Below the pieces are notes generated by a model. It was not told the origin of the DNA. It did no database searches and saw nothing but the letters and a program-made list of their open reading frames with translations. Of a DNA stretch of 64,000 bases, positions 48,565 to 58,368 are shown piece after piece. Each line of letters starts with the position of its first letter. Position 1 is the stretch's first letter. Origin of the DNA: an uncultured delta proteobacterium (GTDB lineage Bacteria > Bdellovibrionota > FAC87 > UBA2466); the NCBI GenBank assembly GCA_963778115.1, contig CAVZSV010000004.1, forward strand, positions 2,432,001 to 2,496,000. The letters run 5' to 3'. The position numbers and the translations under genes are program-made.

Positions 48565-49152
48565 TTAACTTACCTTTCCGCTCGAAAGAAGCTGGATGGT
48601 CTTTTCCATACTATTTTCCGACAAAGTCTTCTTGCAGGGGCGGCAGAAATTATTGGTATCGAGTCGTTCTCCGCAAAAGCAGAGCATTCCTACGGGACGG
48701 GCAGGGCTTCCCACGACTAGCGTATGAGGAGCAACATCTTTAGTAACGACAGCTCCCGCTCCCACCATAGCAAACTCTCCGATCGTGACGCCGCAAACGA
48801 TAGTGCAATTGGCCCCCAGGGTACAACCACGTTTAAGGACTGTGGGCAAGAAATGGGTGCCTCCGCGTTTTAGGAATGCGCGTGGTTTGAGATCGTTGGT
48901 GAAGACGGCATAGGGGCCTACAAAAACTCCGTCCTCTAATGTGACACAATCCCATACGGCGACACCATTTTTTATGGTGCAGTTGTTCCCGATAACCACT
49001 TTGTTTTCGATAAACGCGTGCGCGCAGATATTACAGTTCTTTCCAATCCTGGCCCCTTTGAGGACTTGGCTAAACCCCCAAATGCGCGTGCCTTCGCCGA
49101 TTTCTTTGGAATCGCAGAGAGCATTTTGGTGCACGAAGAATTTTTCGTTCAT
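48565..49152 (-). CDS. Hexapeptide-repeat sugar N-acyltransferase (WbpD/WxcM-like)
   Basis: IGEGTRIW, VFVGP..VFTND..PR, GANCTIVCGVTIG, VVGSPAR. Confidence 0.9.
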   Translation of the reverse strand: MNEKFFVHQNALCDSKEIGEGTRIWGFSQVLKGARIGKNCNICAHAFIENKVVIGNNCTIKNGVAVWDCVTLEDGVFVGPYAVFTNDLKPRAFLKRGGTHFLPTVLKRGCTLGANCTIVCGVTIGEFAMVGAGAVVTKDVAPHTLVVGSPARPVGMLCFCGERLDTNNFCRPCKKTLSENSMEKTIQLLSSGKVS

Positions 49153-49156
49153 ACGA

Positions 49157-50269
49157 TCACACAAAATAGGATTTAACGGTTTCGGCTACGAACTGAATCT
49201 CTTCGGCGGTCAGTGTCGGGCACATCGGCAGTGATAATCCGTTAGCCGCAAAATCCTCGGCCACCGGGAATGACTGCTTGGCGAACGCCGCTTGGCTAAA
49301 AGCGGGGAGTTGGTGGATGGCTTTTGGGTAATGAATACCCGTCTCTACCCCGCGATCTTTGAGAAACTTTTGTAAATCGGCCCGGTCTTTTACTCTGACA
49401 ACGTAAAGATGGTAAACGTGTTTTGCGCCATTCGCTTCGACGGGGAGTTTGATTCCCGAGATAGAGCCAAGAATTTCGCGATAGCTCTTGGCGACATTGC
49501 GACGAGCCGTCGTCCATTGGTCGATATATTTTAGTTTAATGTTGAGAACCGCGGCTTGAAGATTGTCCAAACGAGAATTGTACCCCACGTAATCGTGGAC
49601 ATATTTTTGAAGGCCGCCTTGGTTTCCAAAAGCTCGGCACAGACTCACTAACTCAGTGTGCCGACTAAGAACGGCTCCCGCGTCGCCAAAAGCTCCCAGA
49701 TTTTTTCCAGGAAAGAAACTATAAGTGGCGATGTCTCCCCAATGGCCGACCGGTTTTTCCTTCCACGTCGCACCATGGGCTTGGGCAGCATCTTCCAAAA
49801 CTTTGCATCCATACTTATCTGCTAATGTTCGTATTTCATCCATCGGGGCCATCTGTCCGTAAAGATGGACCGGGGCAATTAGCTTGGTCTTGGGAGTTAT
49901 CGCCTTTTCCAATGCCTTAAGATCGATAAGCCCGGTGTCCGGCGCTACGTCCACCAGCTTCACTTTGACTCCGGCTTGTGTGAGACCCGCCGCTGTAGCG
50001 ATGTAGGTCATGGCGGGCACGACCGCTTCGGTCCAGTCAGGAAGCTTTAAAGCGCGAGCCGCTAGGGTAATGGCGTCGGTCCCATTGGCGGCCCCGGATA
50101 CAAAATTGCCCGGTCCTATCCAATCCGCGAAGCTCTTTTCGAAAGTGGATACCTCTTCCCCGCCGATAAAAGCCGCATTCTCCATGACACGGGTCATCGA
50201 GGAGAGGAACTCTTCGCGATGATCGGCAAACAATTTCTTGAGATTCAAAAAAGGGATGGTCTTACTCAT
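49157..50269 (-). CDS. DegT/DnrJ/EryC1/StrS sugar aminotransferase
   Basis: VHLYGQ, EDAAQAHGA, SFFPGKNLGAFGDAG, NSRLDNLQAA, GIHYP. Confidence 0.94.
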   Translation of the reverse strand: MSKTIPFLNLKKLFADHREEFLSSMTRVMENAAFIGGEEVSTFEKSFADWIGPGNFVSGAANGTDAITLAARALKLPDWTEAVVPAMTYIATAAGLTQAGVKVKLVDVAPDTGLIDLKALEKAITPKTKLIAPVHLYGQMAPMDEIRTLADKYGCKVLEDAAQAHGATWKEKPVGHWGDIATYSFFPGKNLGAFGDAGAVLSRHTELVSLCRAFGNQGGLQKYVHDYVGYNSRLDNLQAAVLNIKLKYIDQWTTARRNVAKSYREILGSISGIKLPVEANGAKHVYHLYVVRVKDRADLQKFLKDRGVETGIHYPKAIHQLPAFSQAAFAKQSFPVAEDFAANGLSLPMCPTLTAEEIQFVAETVKSYFV

Positions 50270-50424
50270 AGTCTTAGATCCTTTGAGGTTTTTCGATAGT
50301 CGTTGCGGGAAAACACGCAATCATTAGCCTAACTAAATATACCTTCAGAGTACCATTAAAGGGTGTCAGTTTCATCAGATGTAAAGTTGATTTTGTAGCC
50401 AAACTTACCTAGTCTGTAAGCCGC

Positions 50425-51270
50425 ATGACACAGTCTTCTCATTCAGAACAATCTGCCGCGTTAAAAGCCCGGTTAGAGAGCGGGGGAAAGCAAAATCCGT
50501 TTTGGATCTTGGGCCCTTGTGTAATTGAAAATCGAGAGGTCCTAGCCACGGTCGCGACTCGGGTGAAGGCCATTTCAGAGCTGCTTCGAATACCAGTCGT
50601 TTTCAAAGCCTCTTTTGATAAGGCCAATCGGACCTCGCCTTCGAGTTTCCGAGGGCACGGGCTGCAGGAAGGGCTGAAGTTGTTGCAATGGGTGAAGACC
50701 GAGTTCGAACTTCCCATATTGACCGATATTCATGAAAGCGTTCAGGCGGCGACTGTCGCCGAAGTGGCTGATATCTTACAAATCCCAGCTTTCCTCTGTC
50801 GTCAGACGGATCTCTTGCAAGCCGCGGCACAGACCGGGAGATTGGTGAATGTAAAAAAGGGGCAGTTTGTAGCTCCTTCCAATGTGAGCCAAATCCTAGC
50901 GAAACTTCAGAAATTTGGGACCCAGGGTTACTGGATCACGGAACGAGGAGTTACTTTCGGGTACCAGCGGCTTGTCGTCGATTTTGCCGCTTTTCCTGAA
51001 ATGCAGTCGGCGGGAGCTCCCCTTATTCTTGATATCACCCATTCCGTCCAACTCCCTGGAGCCGAGAGTGGGGGAGTCACCGGCGGTATTCGCGATGCAA
51101 TTCCTTACTTAGCGCGCGCGGGAGCTGCCGTGGGAGTTTCGGGTTTCTTTGCCGAAACCCATCCCCGCCCTGAAGTAGCCCTTTCGGACGCCGCGAACGC
51201 TTGGCCTTTGTCTCAATTGGAAGCCCTTATGGCGTCCACGAAAAGGATCGCTGAGGTCTCTCAGTCATGA
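50425..51270 (+). CDS. kdsA: KDO8P synthase
   Basis: GPCVIE, KASFDKANRTS, QIPAFLCRQTDL, NVKKGQF. Confidence 0.96.
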   Translation: MTQSSHSEQSAALKARLESGGKQNPFWILGPCVIENREVLATVATRVKAISELLRIPVVFKASFDKANRTSPSSFRGHGLQEGLKLLQWVKTEFELPILTDIHESVQAATVAEVADILQIPAFLCRQTDLLQAAAQTGRLVNVKKGQFVAPSNVSQILAKLQKFGTQGYWITERGVTFGYQRLVVDFAAFPEMQSAGAPLILDITHSVQLPGAESGGVTGGIRDAIPYLARAGAAVGVSGFFAETHPRPEVALSDAANAWPLSQLEALMASTKRIAEVSQS

Positions 51271-52232
51271 ATTCCGATCTGTTGCTCATTGGTCGTCGGG
51301 CCATTGAAAAAGAGGGACAGGCTCTTTCCGCTTTAGCGCCTACTTTGGGAGACAGTTTTGTCAAAGCGTGCGAACTCATCTTCGCCTGCAAAGGAACCGT
51401 CCTAATGACGGGTATGGGAAAATCCGGTTTGGTAGCGCGCAAATGGGCTTCTACTTTTTCCAGTACGGGGACTAAGGCCTATTTTATCAATCCCGCGGAG
51501 GCCCCTCACGGAGACTTGGGAATTTTGCATGGGGACGATCTCGTGGTGGCGCTGAGCTACAGCGGAGAGACGGAAGAGCTAGGTTATGTATTACGGCACG
51601 CCAAGGAGTTGGGAATTCCAACCATAGGAGTTACCGGAAGCCCTGAGAGTTCTTTAGCTCGACAGACCTCTTTACTTCTATCGGTGCAAGTTTCCGAAGA
51701 GGCCTGCCCCTTGGGACTTGCCCCTACGACTTCGACGACCCTCATGATGGCGTTAGGAGATGCCCTTGCGGTGACCCTCATTCAGATGCGGGGGTTTACG
51801 GAAAACGACTTTGCGAGACTTCATCCTGGCGGATCGCTCGGAAGAAAACTTTGGTTGCGGGTGGATTCTTTGATGCATGCAGGAACTGCGATTCCCAAAG
51901 TGGATCCTCAAGGTTCTTTTGCCCAAGTGTTAATGGAGATGACCCAGAAACGTTTGGGGCTGACAGTAGTGATGGAGGGCGAAGAGATTAGGGGAATTAT
52001 CACTGACGGAGATTTGCGTCGCTATTTTCAACGCAAAGGGGGTAACACCCAAAGCGTTGCCGGTGATCTGATGACAACCCATCCTAAAACGATTTCGGTG
52101 AAAGCACTCGCGGTAGAGGCGCGTGAGGTAATGGAAAATAATAAGATTCACCAGCTTTTGGTGGTGGATTCGCAGGGCAAACTGGTCGGAGTCATTCATC
52201 TTCAAGATCTCTTACGCGCGAAAGTCTTATGA
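51267..52232 (+). CDS. kdsD: Arabinose-5-phosphate isomerase (KpsF/GutQ, SIS+CBS)
   Basis: GMGKSG, HGDLG, EACPLGLAPTTST, HPGGSLG, two CBS domains. Confidence 0.94.
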   Translation: MNSDLLLIGRRAIEKEGQALSALAPTLGDSFVKACELIFACKGTVLMTGMGKSGLVARKWASTFSSTGTKAYFINPAEAPHGDLGILHGDDLVVALSYSGETEELGYVLRHAKELGIPTIGVTGSPESSLARQTSLLLSVQVSEEACPLGLAPTTSTTLMMALGDALAVTLIQMRGFTENDFARLHPGGSLGRKLWLRVDSLMHAGTAIPKVDPQGSFAQVLMEMTQKRLGLTVVMEGEEIRGIITDGDLRRYFQRKGGNTQSVAGDLMTTHPKTISVKALAVEAREVMENNKIHQLLVVDSQGKLVGVIHLQDLLRAKVL

Positions 52233-52798
52233 ATTCTCGCTCTGCCATCTTTCTGGATCGCGATGGCACTATTATCGAAGATCAGCATTATCCCAAGGAT
52301 CCTAGCCGCGTTATTTTCTGCCCGAATGCTTCGCAGGGATTGCGGCTTATGTTGGACAAAGGGTATCTGCTTTTTGTCGTGAGCAACCAATCGGGAGTGG
52401 GGCGGGGGCTAATCCGCGATGACGAATTCCGAGCCGTTCACCACCGCTGCGCCGAAATTTTGAAAAATGCGCACATAGAGATTGCCGAATTTATCTATTG
52501 TCTGCACCGGCCCGAAGATGATTGCCAGTGCCGGAAGCCAAAAATCGGTCAGATCCCAAAAACCTTCAAAGGCCAAGCTCTCGATTGGAAGACGAGCTTT
52601 ACCATAGGAGATCGGTTGAGCGATTTGGAATTGGCCGATGCGCTGGGGGCGACGGGGTTTTTAGTCCTTACGGGGAAGGGACAAGAGACGTTGAAATCTC
52701 TGGGTAGAGCCGGGTCTTCCGCTTTGGGGGATACTCCTCGCTACGGCAGCTGCGAAGACCTTTTGGACTTTGCCGAGCAAATCCCTTTGGTGGGTTGA
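52229..52798 (+). CDS. gmhB: D,D-heptose 1,7-bisphosphate phosphatase (HAD IIIA)
   Basis: FLDRDGT, SNQSGVGRG, CLHRPEDDCQCRKP, IGDRLSD. Confidence 0.88.
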   Translation: MNSRSAIFLDRDGTIIEDQHYPKDPSRVIFCPNASQGLRLMLDKGYLLFVVSNQSGVGRGLIRDDEFRAVHHRCAEILKNAHIEIAEFIYCLHRPEDDCQCRKPKIGQIPKTFKGQALDWKTSFTIGDRLSDLELADALGATGFLVLTGKGQETLKSLGRAGSSALGDTPRYGSCEDLLDFAEQIPLVG

Positions 52799-52913
52799 AT
52801 TTGGCTTCGAAATAAAATTAATAATTTCAACGGGTAAGATGGTTTATTTTGTCCGTCGTTTGGGCTGACTCCCCTATTGCATAAATCGCCATTTCATCTA
52901 TTCTGTTTGGCCA

Positions 52914-53702
52914 GTGATCGCTCAAATCCATAGAACCACGACAGAATTAGTGCAGTATCGAGAAGTTCTGGCGAACATCTTGTCTCAGCACTTAAAGGTG
53001 AAATACAAGCGTACTTCGCTCGGCTATATCTGGTCGTTGCTAAATCCGGTGCTCCAGCTTGCTGTTTTGACCGCGGTCTTTTCTCATGTGGTCCGGTTGG
53101 ATATGAAGGATTATACCCTTTATCTTTTTTCAGGGCTTCTGGCGTGGACTTTTTTTTCCAACACCGTAAGCACCGCCTCGGTCTCGCTACTTGAGAACGA
53201 AAATTTTATCAAGAAGGTTTACCTGCCCAAACTTATCTTTCCCTTGAGCCGTATGCTTTTGTGCGGAATCGATTATCTTTTTTCACTCGTTGCCCTTAGT
53301 GTTATCGCTGTGGTCCTAGGATTTAAGTTCCATGCTCCGATTTTGTTGCTTCCGTTAGTGATGCTAAACTTTGCCATTTTTGCTTTGGGCTGCGCTTTGA
53401 TCGTGTCGGTGGCGACGGTTTTTTTCAGAGATATTCAATATCTTTTGGGAGTGTTTCTGAATTTGCTCTATTTTGTAACTCCCATTATATATCCGCTTTC
53501 GGCACTTCCTGAAAATTATCGCAAGTGGATGAATCTGAATCCGATGACGGTCCAACTCAATCTTTTCCATCAAGTACTCTACTACGGTCAGGTCCCCACT
53601 CTTGGCGAGTGGTTGCCGGCTATAGCACTTACTGTCGTGGTATTTTTGGGCGGGTTATCCGTTCTTTTTGCCCTTGAGGACGAAGTCGTCTTTCGGATGT
53701 GA
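52914..53702 (+). CDS. wzm: ABC-2 polysaccharide export permease
   Basis: KYKRTSLGYIWSLLNP, FFRDIQY, TPIIYP; six TM segments. Confidence 0.9.
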   Translation: MIAQIHRTTTELVQYREVLANILSQHLKVKYKRTSLGYIWSLLNPVLQLAVLTAVFSHVVRLDMKDYTLYLFSGLLAWTFFSNTVSTASVSLLENENFIKKVYLPKLIFPLSRMLLCGIDYLFSLVALSVIAVVLGFKFHAPILLLPLVMLNFAIFALGCALIVSVATVFFRDIQYLLGVFLNLLYFVTPIIYPLSALPENYRKWMNLNPMTVQLNLFHQVLYYGQVPTLGEWLPAIALTVVVFLGGLSVLFALEDEVVFRM

Positions 53703-53703
53703 C

Positions 53704-54495
53704 ATGAATAGCTGCAGAGAAAGTTTCATCTCTCTTGAACAAGTTTCGGTGCGTTTCCGCAACTATTACGGATCTAGCTCCGGTCTGAAAGAAGCGGTTT
53801 TGCGAAAGATCCGGCCGCCGCAATGGACTAAGAAATTGGGTGCGGATCGAAAAGAGTTTTGGGGGCTTAGAGGCATCGATCTGCAGTTACGGGAAGGTGA
53901 TCGGCTCGGCATTATCGGACGCAATGGGGCAGGTAAGAGCACATTGCTAAAAGTGATCAGCCGTATCTACCGTCCTACGGAGGGTAAAGTAGGAGTGAAA
54001 GGCAGAATTGCCCCTCTAATCGAAATTGGAGCGGGATTTAATCCTGAGTTGTCAGGCCGTGAAAACGCCTTCCTCAACGGCTCCATTTTGGGAATTCCCA
54101 AGAAAACGATCAAAGAGCGGATGGATTCTATAGTGCAGTTTTCTGAACTTGAAGAGTTCATCGACATGCCGATTAAGTACTATTCTACCGGAATGAATCT
54201 CAAGTTGGCCTTTACGCTAGCGACCGAGATTCCTCCGGATATTCTTATTTTGGACGAACTCTATGCGGGAGGAGATGCCGCTTTTATCGGGAAGGCCAAT
54301 GTCCGCCTACAAAATTTTGTGTCGAGCTCCAAAATTCTCATCCTTGTGGCGCACAACTTAGAGTACATCCAACAATTTTGTAATCGGGTGGTCGTGTTGG
54401 ATCACGGTAAGATCGTTGCAGATGGAGATCCCGCGCGAATGATCCAAAAGTATTTGGATTATTGCGGGGGCAATGCTGAGGCCTTTGGTAATTAG
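53704..54495 (+). CDS. wzt: Polysaccharide ABC exporter ATPase (no C-terminal binding domain)
   Basis: GRNGAGKST, GFNPELSGREN, YSTGM, ILDE. Confidence 0.92.
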   Translation: MNSCRESFISLEQVSVRFRNYYGSSSGLKEAVLRKIRPPQWTKKLGADRKEFWGLRGIDLQLREGDRLGIIGRNGAGKSTLLKVISRIYRPTEGKVGVKGRIAPLIEIGAGFNPELSGRENAFLNGSILGIPKKTIKERMDSIVQFSELEEFIDMPIKYYSTGMNLKLAFTLATEIPPDILILDELYAGGDAAFIGKANVRLQNFVSSSKILILVAHNLEYIQQFCNRVVVLDHGKIVADGDPARMIQKYLDYCGGNAEAFGN

Positions 54496-56268
54496 ATGAT
54501 AAACTTTTCGTTCGAACAGTTACGTTCTTTTCCTTGGGCGACTTTGGGTAGACCCGAAGCCCCTGCCGAATTTCTTACCAAGTGTCGTGAGCAACGTAGT
54601 AGAGCCGCGTTTCTCAAAGGACAGCCGCTCTTATCGATTATTGTCCCTTTGTCGAGCTCCTCGGCGCTAGAAAGTTTTTCTCTCACGCTGGAAAGTTTAA
54701 GACAGCAAACCTATCCGAACTGGGAGGCCATTTTTGTAGCGCCTTGCGAAGGGGAATCGAAATCTTTGGAGCTTATTGTCAAATCCCGCTCGGAACCTCG
54801 TTTTCGCTGGGTAGTGGGAAGCGGCTCCGATAGCGCTACTTTAAAGAATGAAGGGCTGACTCATAGTTCGGGAACATGGTGGGGGATAGTGGATCCGGGC
54901 GATGTACTAAGTCCCGCAGCTCTTTACCAGATGGTTCTCGATATGGGCTCATTTCCTGACGTGGATCTTTTCTATTCCAATGAAGCGATCCTTTCTGAGG
55001 ATTTTCGCCGGATAGAGAGCTTCTTAGGAAAGCCCGATTACAGTTGGTTTACCGAAGTTCATCTGAACTACATCGGAAGATTTTGGCTTTTAAAGAAGGG
55101 GAGTGCTTGGAAGAGCCTAAAATTCCAGTCTGCTCTGCAAAGCGCTCACGAACATGACTATCTGCTTCAGTTGACCGAACGAGGAGTTAAGTTTCAGTCC
55201 ATCCCCTTCTATCTCTATTATCGACAGGAGCCCGAGCCGCCGATCGTTGATGATACTAAAGCGGCAGTCGAGCAGCACTTGGCGCGAAAGAATTTTAAGG
55301 CCAAAGTGCGAGTCCAAGAGGAAAATATAAAGATTGCTCCTATGGCGCTTGATGCTTCTGACATCTTAGTCTCCGCGGTCATCTGTTTTCGAGATAAGGC
55401 TCCCTGGACCGTAAATGCTCTAATTACTCTCGTAAAGCAGGCCGGGGATATTCCCTTAGAAATCTTTTTGGTCAATAACCAATCGAAACCTGAGCAGAGA
55501 GCTCTCGTCGAAAAGGCCAGCAAAGACTGTAAGAGACCTACCTACCTCGTCGATTATGATGAGCCGTTTAATTTCGCTCGCATGCACAACCAGGTATTTC
55601 GCGAATGCGCCCACGGCCGCTACTTTTTGTTTCTTAATAATGATGTCGAACTTCAAGGGAAGAATAGTCTTGAGGAGATGGTAGCGTGGGCGCAATTCCC
55701 TTGGGTGGGAACGGTGGGGATGGTTTTACGATATCCCGACGGAGGTCTTCAGCACTCGTCACTTCGTGCGACGTATGGAGGTGAATCGCGCATGGCTCGA
55801 GTCGGGAACTGCCAGCAAGCAGATCGTTATTTGAGCCAGAATAGGGAAGTCTTCGGCAGCACGTTCGCGGCTTGTATGGTGAAACGAGAGACGTTCGAAG
55901 CCATCGGCGGACTGCTCGAGGCCGAGTGTGCGAACGGGTTTGGTGACGTCATATTTAGTTTCGAATGCCTTCGACGTCAGTTGCACAATATCGTATTGGG
56001 GCACATTACCGGTGTGCACCGGGAGAGCGCTTCACGCGGATTGGACTACGAATATTGGGAAGAGTTTGCTGTCGAGCGGCGCTATCCCGACTTGCTGCAG
56101 AAAATGGTTCGTAGCGATCTGGGCGAAAATAGAGTTCCCGGCGGAGATTTCCCCCTGGGAAGCCTTGCTCGTCAAGCGATGAGCCATCAAGTAGCAAGAA
56201 AGTTCCCTTGGATATTACCGATGAAACCACCTCTCAAGAAGGCTCTTAGATGGTTCTCTAGGACGTAA
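54496..56268 (+). CDS. Two-domain glycosyltransferase family 2
   Basis: QTYPNWE, KPDYS, FNFARMHN, LFLNNDVE, HRESASRG. Confidence 0.85.
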   Translation: MINFSFEQLRSFPWATLGRPEAPAEFLTKCREQRSRAAFLKGQPLLSIIVPLSSSSALESFSLTLESLRQQTYPNWEAIFVAPCEGESKSLELIVKSRSEPRFRWVVGSGSDSATLKNEGLTHSSGTWWGIVDPGDVLSPAALYQMVLDMGSFPDVDLFYSNEAILSEDFRRIESFLGKPDYSWFTEVHLNYIGRFWLLKKGSAWKSLKFQSALQSAHEHDYLLQLTERGVKFQSIPFYLYYRQEPEPPIVDDTKAAVEQHLARKNFKAKVRVQEENIKIAPMALDASDILVSAVICFRDKAPWTVNALITLVKQAGDIPLEIFLVNNQSKPEQRALVEKASKDCKRPTYLVDYDEPFNFARMHNQVFRECAHGRYFLFLNNDVELQGKNSLEEMVAWAQFPWVGTVGMVLRYPDGGLQHSSLRATYGGESRMARVGNCQQADRYLSQNREVFGSTFAACMVKRETFEAIGGLLEAECANGFGDVIFSFECLRRQLHNIVLGHITGVHRESASRGLDYEYWEEFAVERRYPDLLQKMVRSDLGENRVPGGDFPLGSLARQAMSHQVARKFPWILPMKPPLKKALRWFSRT

Positions 56269-56329
56269 GAGGAGATCGCAATCGCGATGTGCTTTGACGA
56301 AACGGGTGTCCAAGCGGTTTAATTAGAAT

Positions 56330-56917
56330 ATGAGCGACTACAAAAATCGTCTAGTTAGCAATTTGCAGAGATCGATCTCGGCCAAAGAAAAATTCCTTTC
56401 TGATGGTACGCAGATGGAGAATTTCGAAAAAGCGGTCTCCCTTATCGTAAATGCTTACCGCAACGGAGGACGGCTCTACATTGCGGGAAATGGAGGGTCC
56501 GCCGCGGACGCTCAACATCTAGCCGCGGAGTTCGTCGCAAAACTTGCACGGCCTCGGGCACCACTCGCCGCTGAAGCACTCACCACAGATACGTCGGCGC
56601 TAACTGCGATCGGTAACGACTTTGGTTATGAAGAGCTTTTTGCCCGCCAAATCGCAGGCAAATGCCGAAAAGCAGATGTTTTCCTGGGAATCACCACCTC
56701 AGGGAAATCTCCGAACATTTTACGTGCGTTTGAAACCTGCCGCGAGCTCGGTATCCCCTCAGTTTTATTGGGCGGTTGGACCGGTGGCCCCGCAAGAGCT
56801 CTTGCCGATATCTCTATTCTCGCTCCGGGGGAAGACACGAGTGGGGTTCAAGAGGTTCACATGGTGATTTACCATTCTTTGTGTGGCTGTGTGGAAGCGG
56901 AATTGTTTCCCGTCTAA
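56330..56917 (+). CDS. gmhA: Phosphoheptose isomerase
   Basis: GNGGSAADAQHLAAE, TAIGNDFG, TSGKSPN, QEVH. Confidence 0.95.
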   Translation: MSDYKNRLVSNLQRSISAKEKFLSDGTQMENFEKAVSLIVNAYRNGGRLYIAGNGGSAADAQHLAAEFVAKLARPRAPLAAEALTTDTSALTAIGNDFGYEELFARQIAGKCRKADVFLGITTSGKSPNILRAFETCRELGIPSVLLGGWTGGPARALADISILAPGEDTSGVQEVHMVIYHSLCGCVEAELFPV

Positions 56918-57225
56918 TTCCTTCGATTGATATCAAAAGTTTTCAGTACTCCCGGCCCGACACACGCCAAGTCATTGGCGTAAGCGGGCGAATCACAAAA
57001 AATGGGTCTTGCTCCGATACAGGCTAGCGAATTGGAATAAGCGGGGGAGTCGCAATAAAGAGGGCGGGAGCCGAGACAAGCGTTGGTGTCGGAGTAATCT
57101 GGAGAATCGCAATAGACGGGGAAGGAAGAAGAGTGAGCTTGATGGGACTTAGCAAGTTTAAGTCCACAACGGGTGAGGAGTCCGGAAACCAGGAAAAGGT
57201 AAAAGAAGATGCGTTTCACGCCCAT
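56914..57225 (-). CDS. Small secreted protein with three 19-aa Cys-containing repeats
   Basis: Hydrophobic leader, then PxxCDSPxYxxxxACxGxx three times (57-bp unit, 56950-57120). Confidence 0.7.
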   Translation of the reverse strand: MGVKRIFFYLFLVSGLLTRCGLKLAKSHQAHSSSFPVYCDSPDYSDTNACLGSRPLYCDSPAYSNSLACIGARPIFCDSPAYANDLACVGPGVLKTFDINRRN

Positions 57226-57303
57226 TTCTTTAGCAGGTTGCAAATTGCGTTTCAATGGGAGCGGGAATAGCAGAGGAATAACGATGTGATAAAGGTACCT
57301 GCT

Positions 57304-58368
57304 TTAAGCGCCGGCTAAGGCCGCGAACTCCGCTGTGTAACTTAAAATAATCTCCGCATTCTCGATATCATGTAAAGCCAATCCACATGCAGGGGTGTAG
57401 ATCGATTCGGTAAGGAGCTTTGAAAGTTTCTTTCCGGTAAATCCGTTCTCAGTAAGATCAACGAGCAATTGTTCGAACGCGGCTTGGGGCTCGAAGGAAG
57501 AAAGCTCCGCTCCCCCTTTAGCGGTAGGAATGACTCCCAAAGAAAGTCTACCGCCGTCCTTCAAAAATTGTTCCAGAGGGGCTGGTGTTTTCAATAAAGG
57601 GCGAAGTGAAAGTTGATTGTCGATTGAAAGGACGTCTAGATTCAAAGAGAGCACGGCATTCCAATCCGTGTTACTGCAGCAGTGGATTCCCACAAGGGCA
57701 TCCTCTCTTCTCAGGGTCTGAATAAAAAGTTTCAATTCCTGAAGTCCCAGGACATGGCGTGGCTCTGACTTGGAGAAACAATAAAAGCCGGGTTCATCCA
57801 GATAAAAGAGCGCGGTTACCCCCTGAGCATGAAGCTTTCTGACCATCGCCACCGATCTGGCAAGCACCAGTCGAAAGATCTGCATTCCAACTTCGGGAAT
57901 GCGATCCGCCGGAGTTCCGTCCTTGATGCGCAATGCCCATTGGGCGGTCATAGGGCCTGTGATTTGAATCTTGGCAAGTTTCAGTTTTCTTTCGCCTAGC
58001 TCCCACAAAAAGGGACGCCACACGCTGTAAGATTCTGCGGTAGGTTCAAAACTTTCAAAGGGTTTAAAGTCATGTCCCGAATGCGAGAAAGCAGCATCCA
58101 GCTTTTCCCCCAATTCTTGTGAGTCCATTCTCCAACGATCGATATCAAGTACAGCGTCGCCTTTATCGCTTGAAATAAGGCCAGGCAATCCTTCAAGCGC
58201 TTGTGTAATCATGTACTCTCTCGGATTCTTGCGTGGGATCTGAGGGAGAAAGGGAAGTTTCATGCTGAACGAATAGGCCAGTGCCGCATCTAGGTTGTGA
58301 TGGGGAAGACTTCCGATTCCCGTAAACAACGGTGCTTCAGGAGCTAATTTCCACAAGGCTTCTTTCAT
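57304..58368 (-). CDS. Core (MetE C-terminal-like, MesB-like) methionine synthase family protein
   Basis: TGIGSLPH, PQIP, QITGPMT, LDEP, GIHCC, SID, TPACGL. ATG overlaps the metH stop. Confidence 0.7.
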   Translation of the reverse strand: MKEALWKLAPEAPLFTGIGSLPHHNLDAALAYSFSMKLPFLPQIPRKNPREYMITQALEGLPGLISSDKGDAVLDIDRWRMDSQELGEKLDAAFSHSGHDFKPFESFEPTAESYSVWRPFLWELGERKLKLAKIQITGPMTAQWALRIKDGTPADRIPEVGMQIFRLVLARSVAMVRKLHAQGVTALFYLDEPGFYCFSKSEPRHVLGLQELKLFIQTLRREDALVGIHCCSNTDWNAVLSLNLDVLSIDNQLSLRPLLKTPAPLEQFLKDGGRLSLGVIPTAKGGAELSSFEPQAAFEQLLVDLTENGFTGKKLSKLLTESIYTPACGLALHDIENAEIILSYTAEFAALAGA

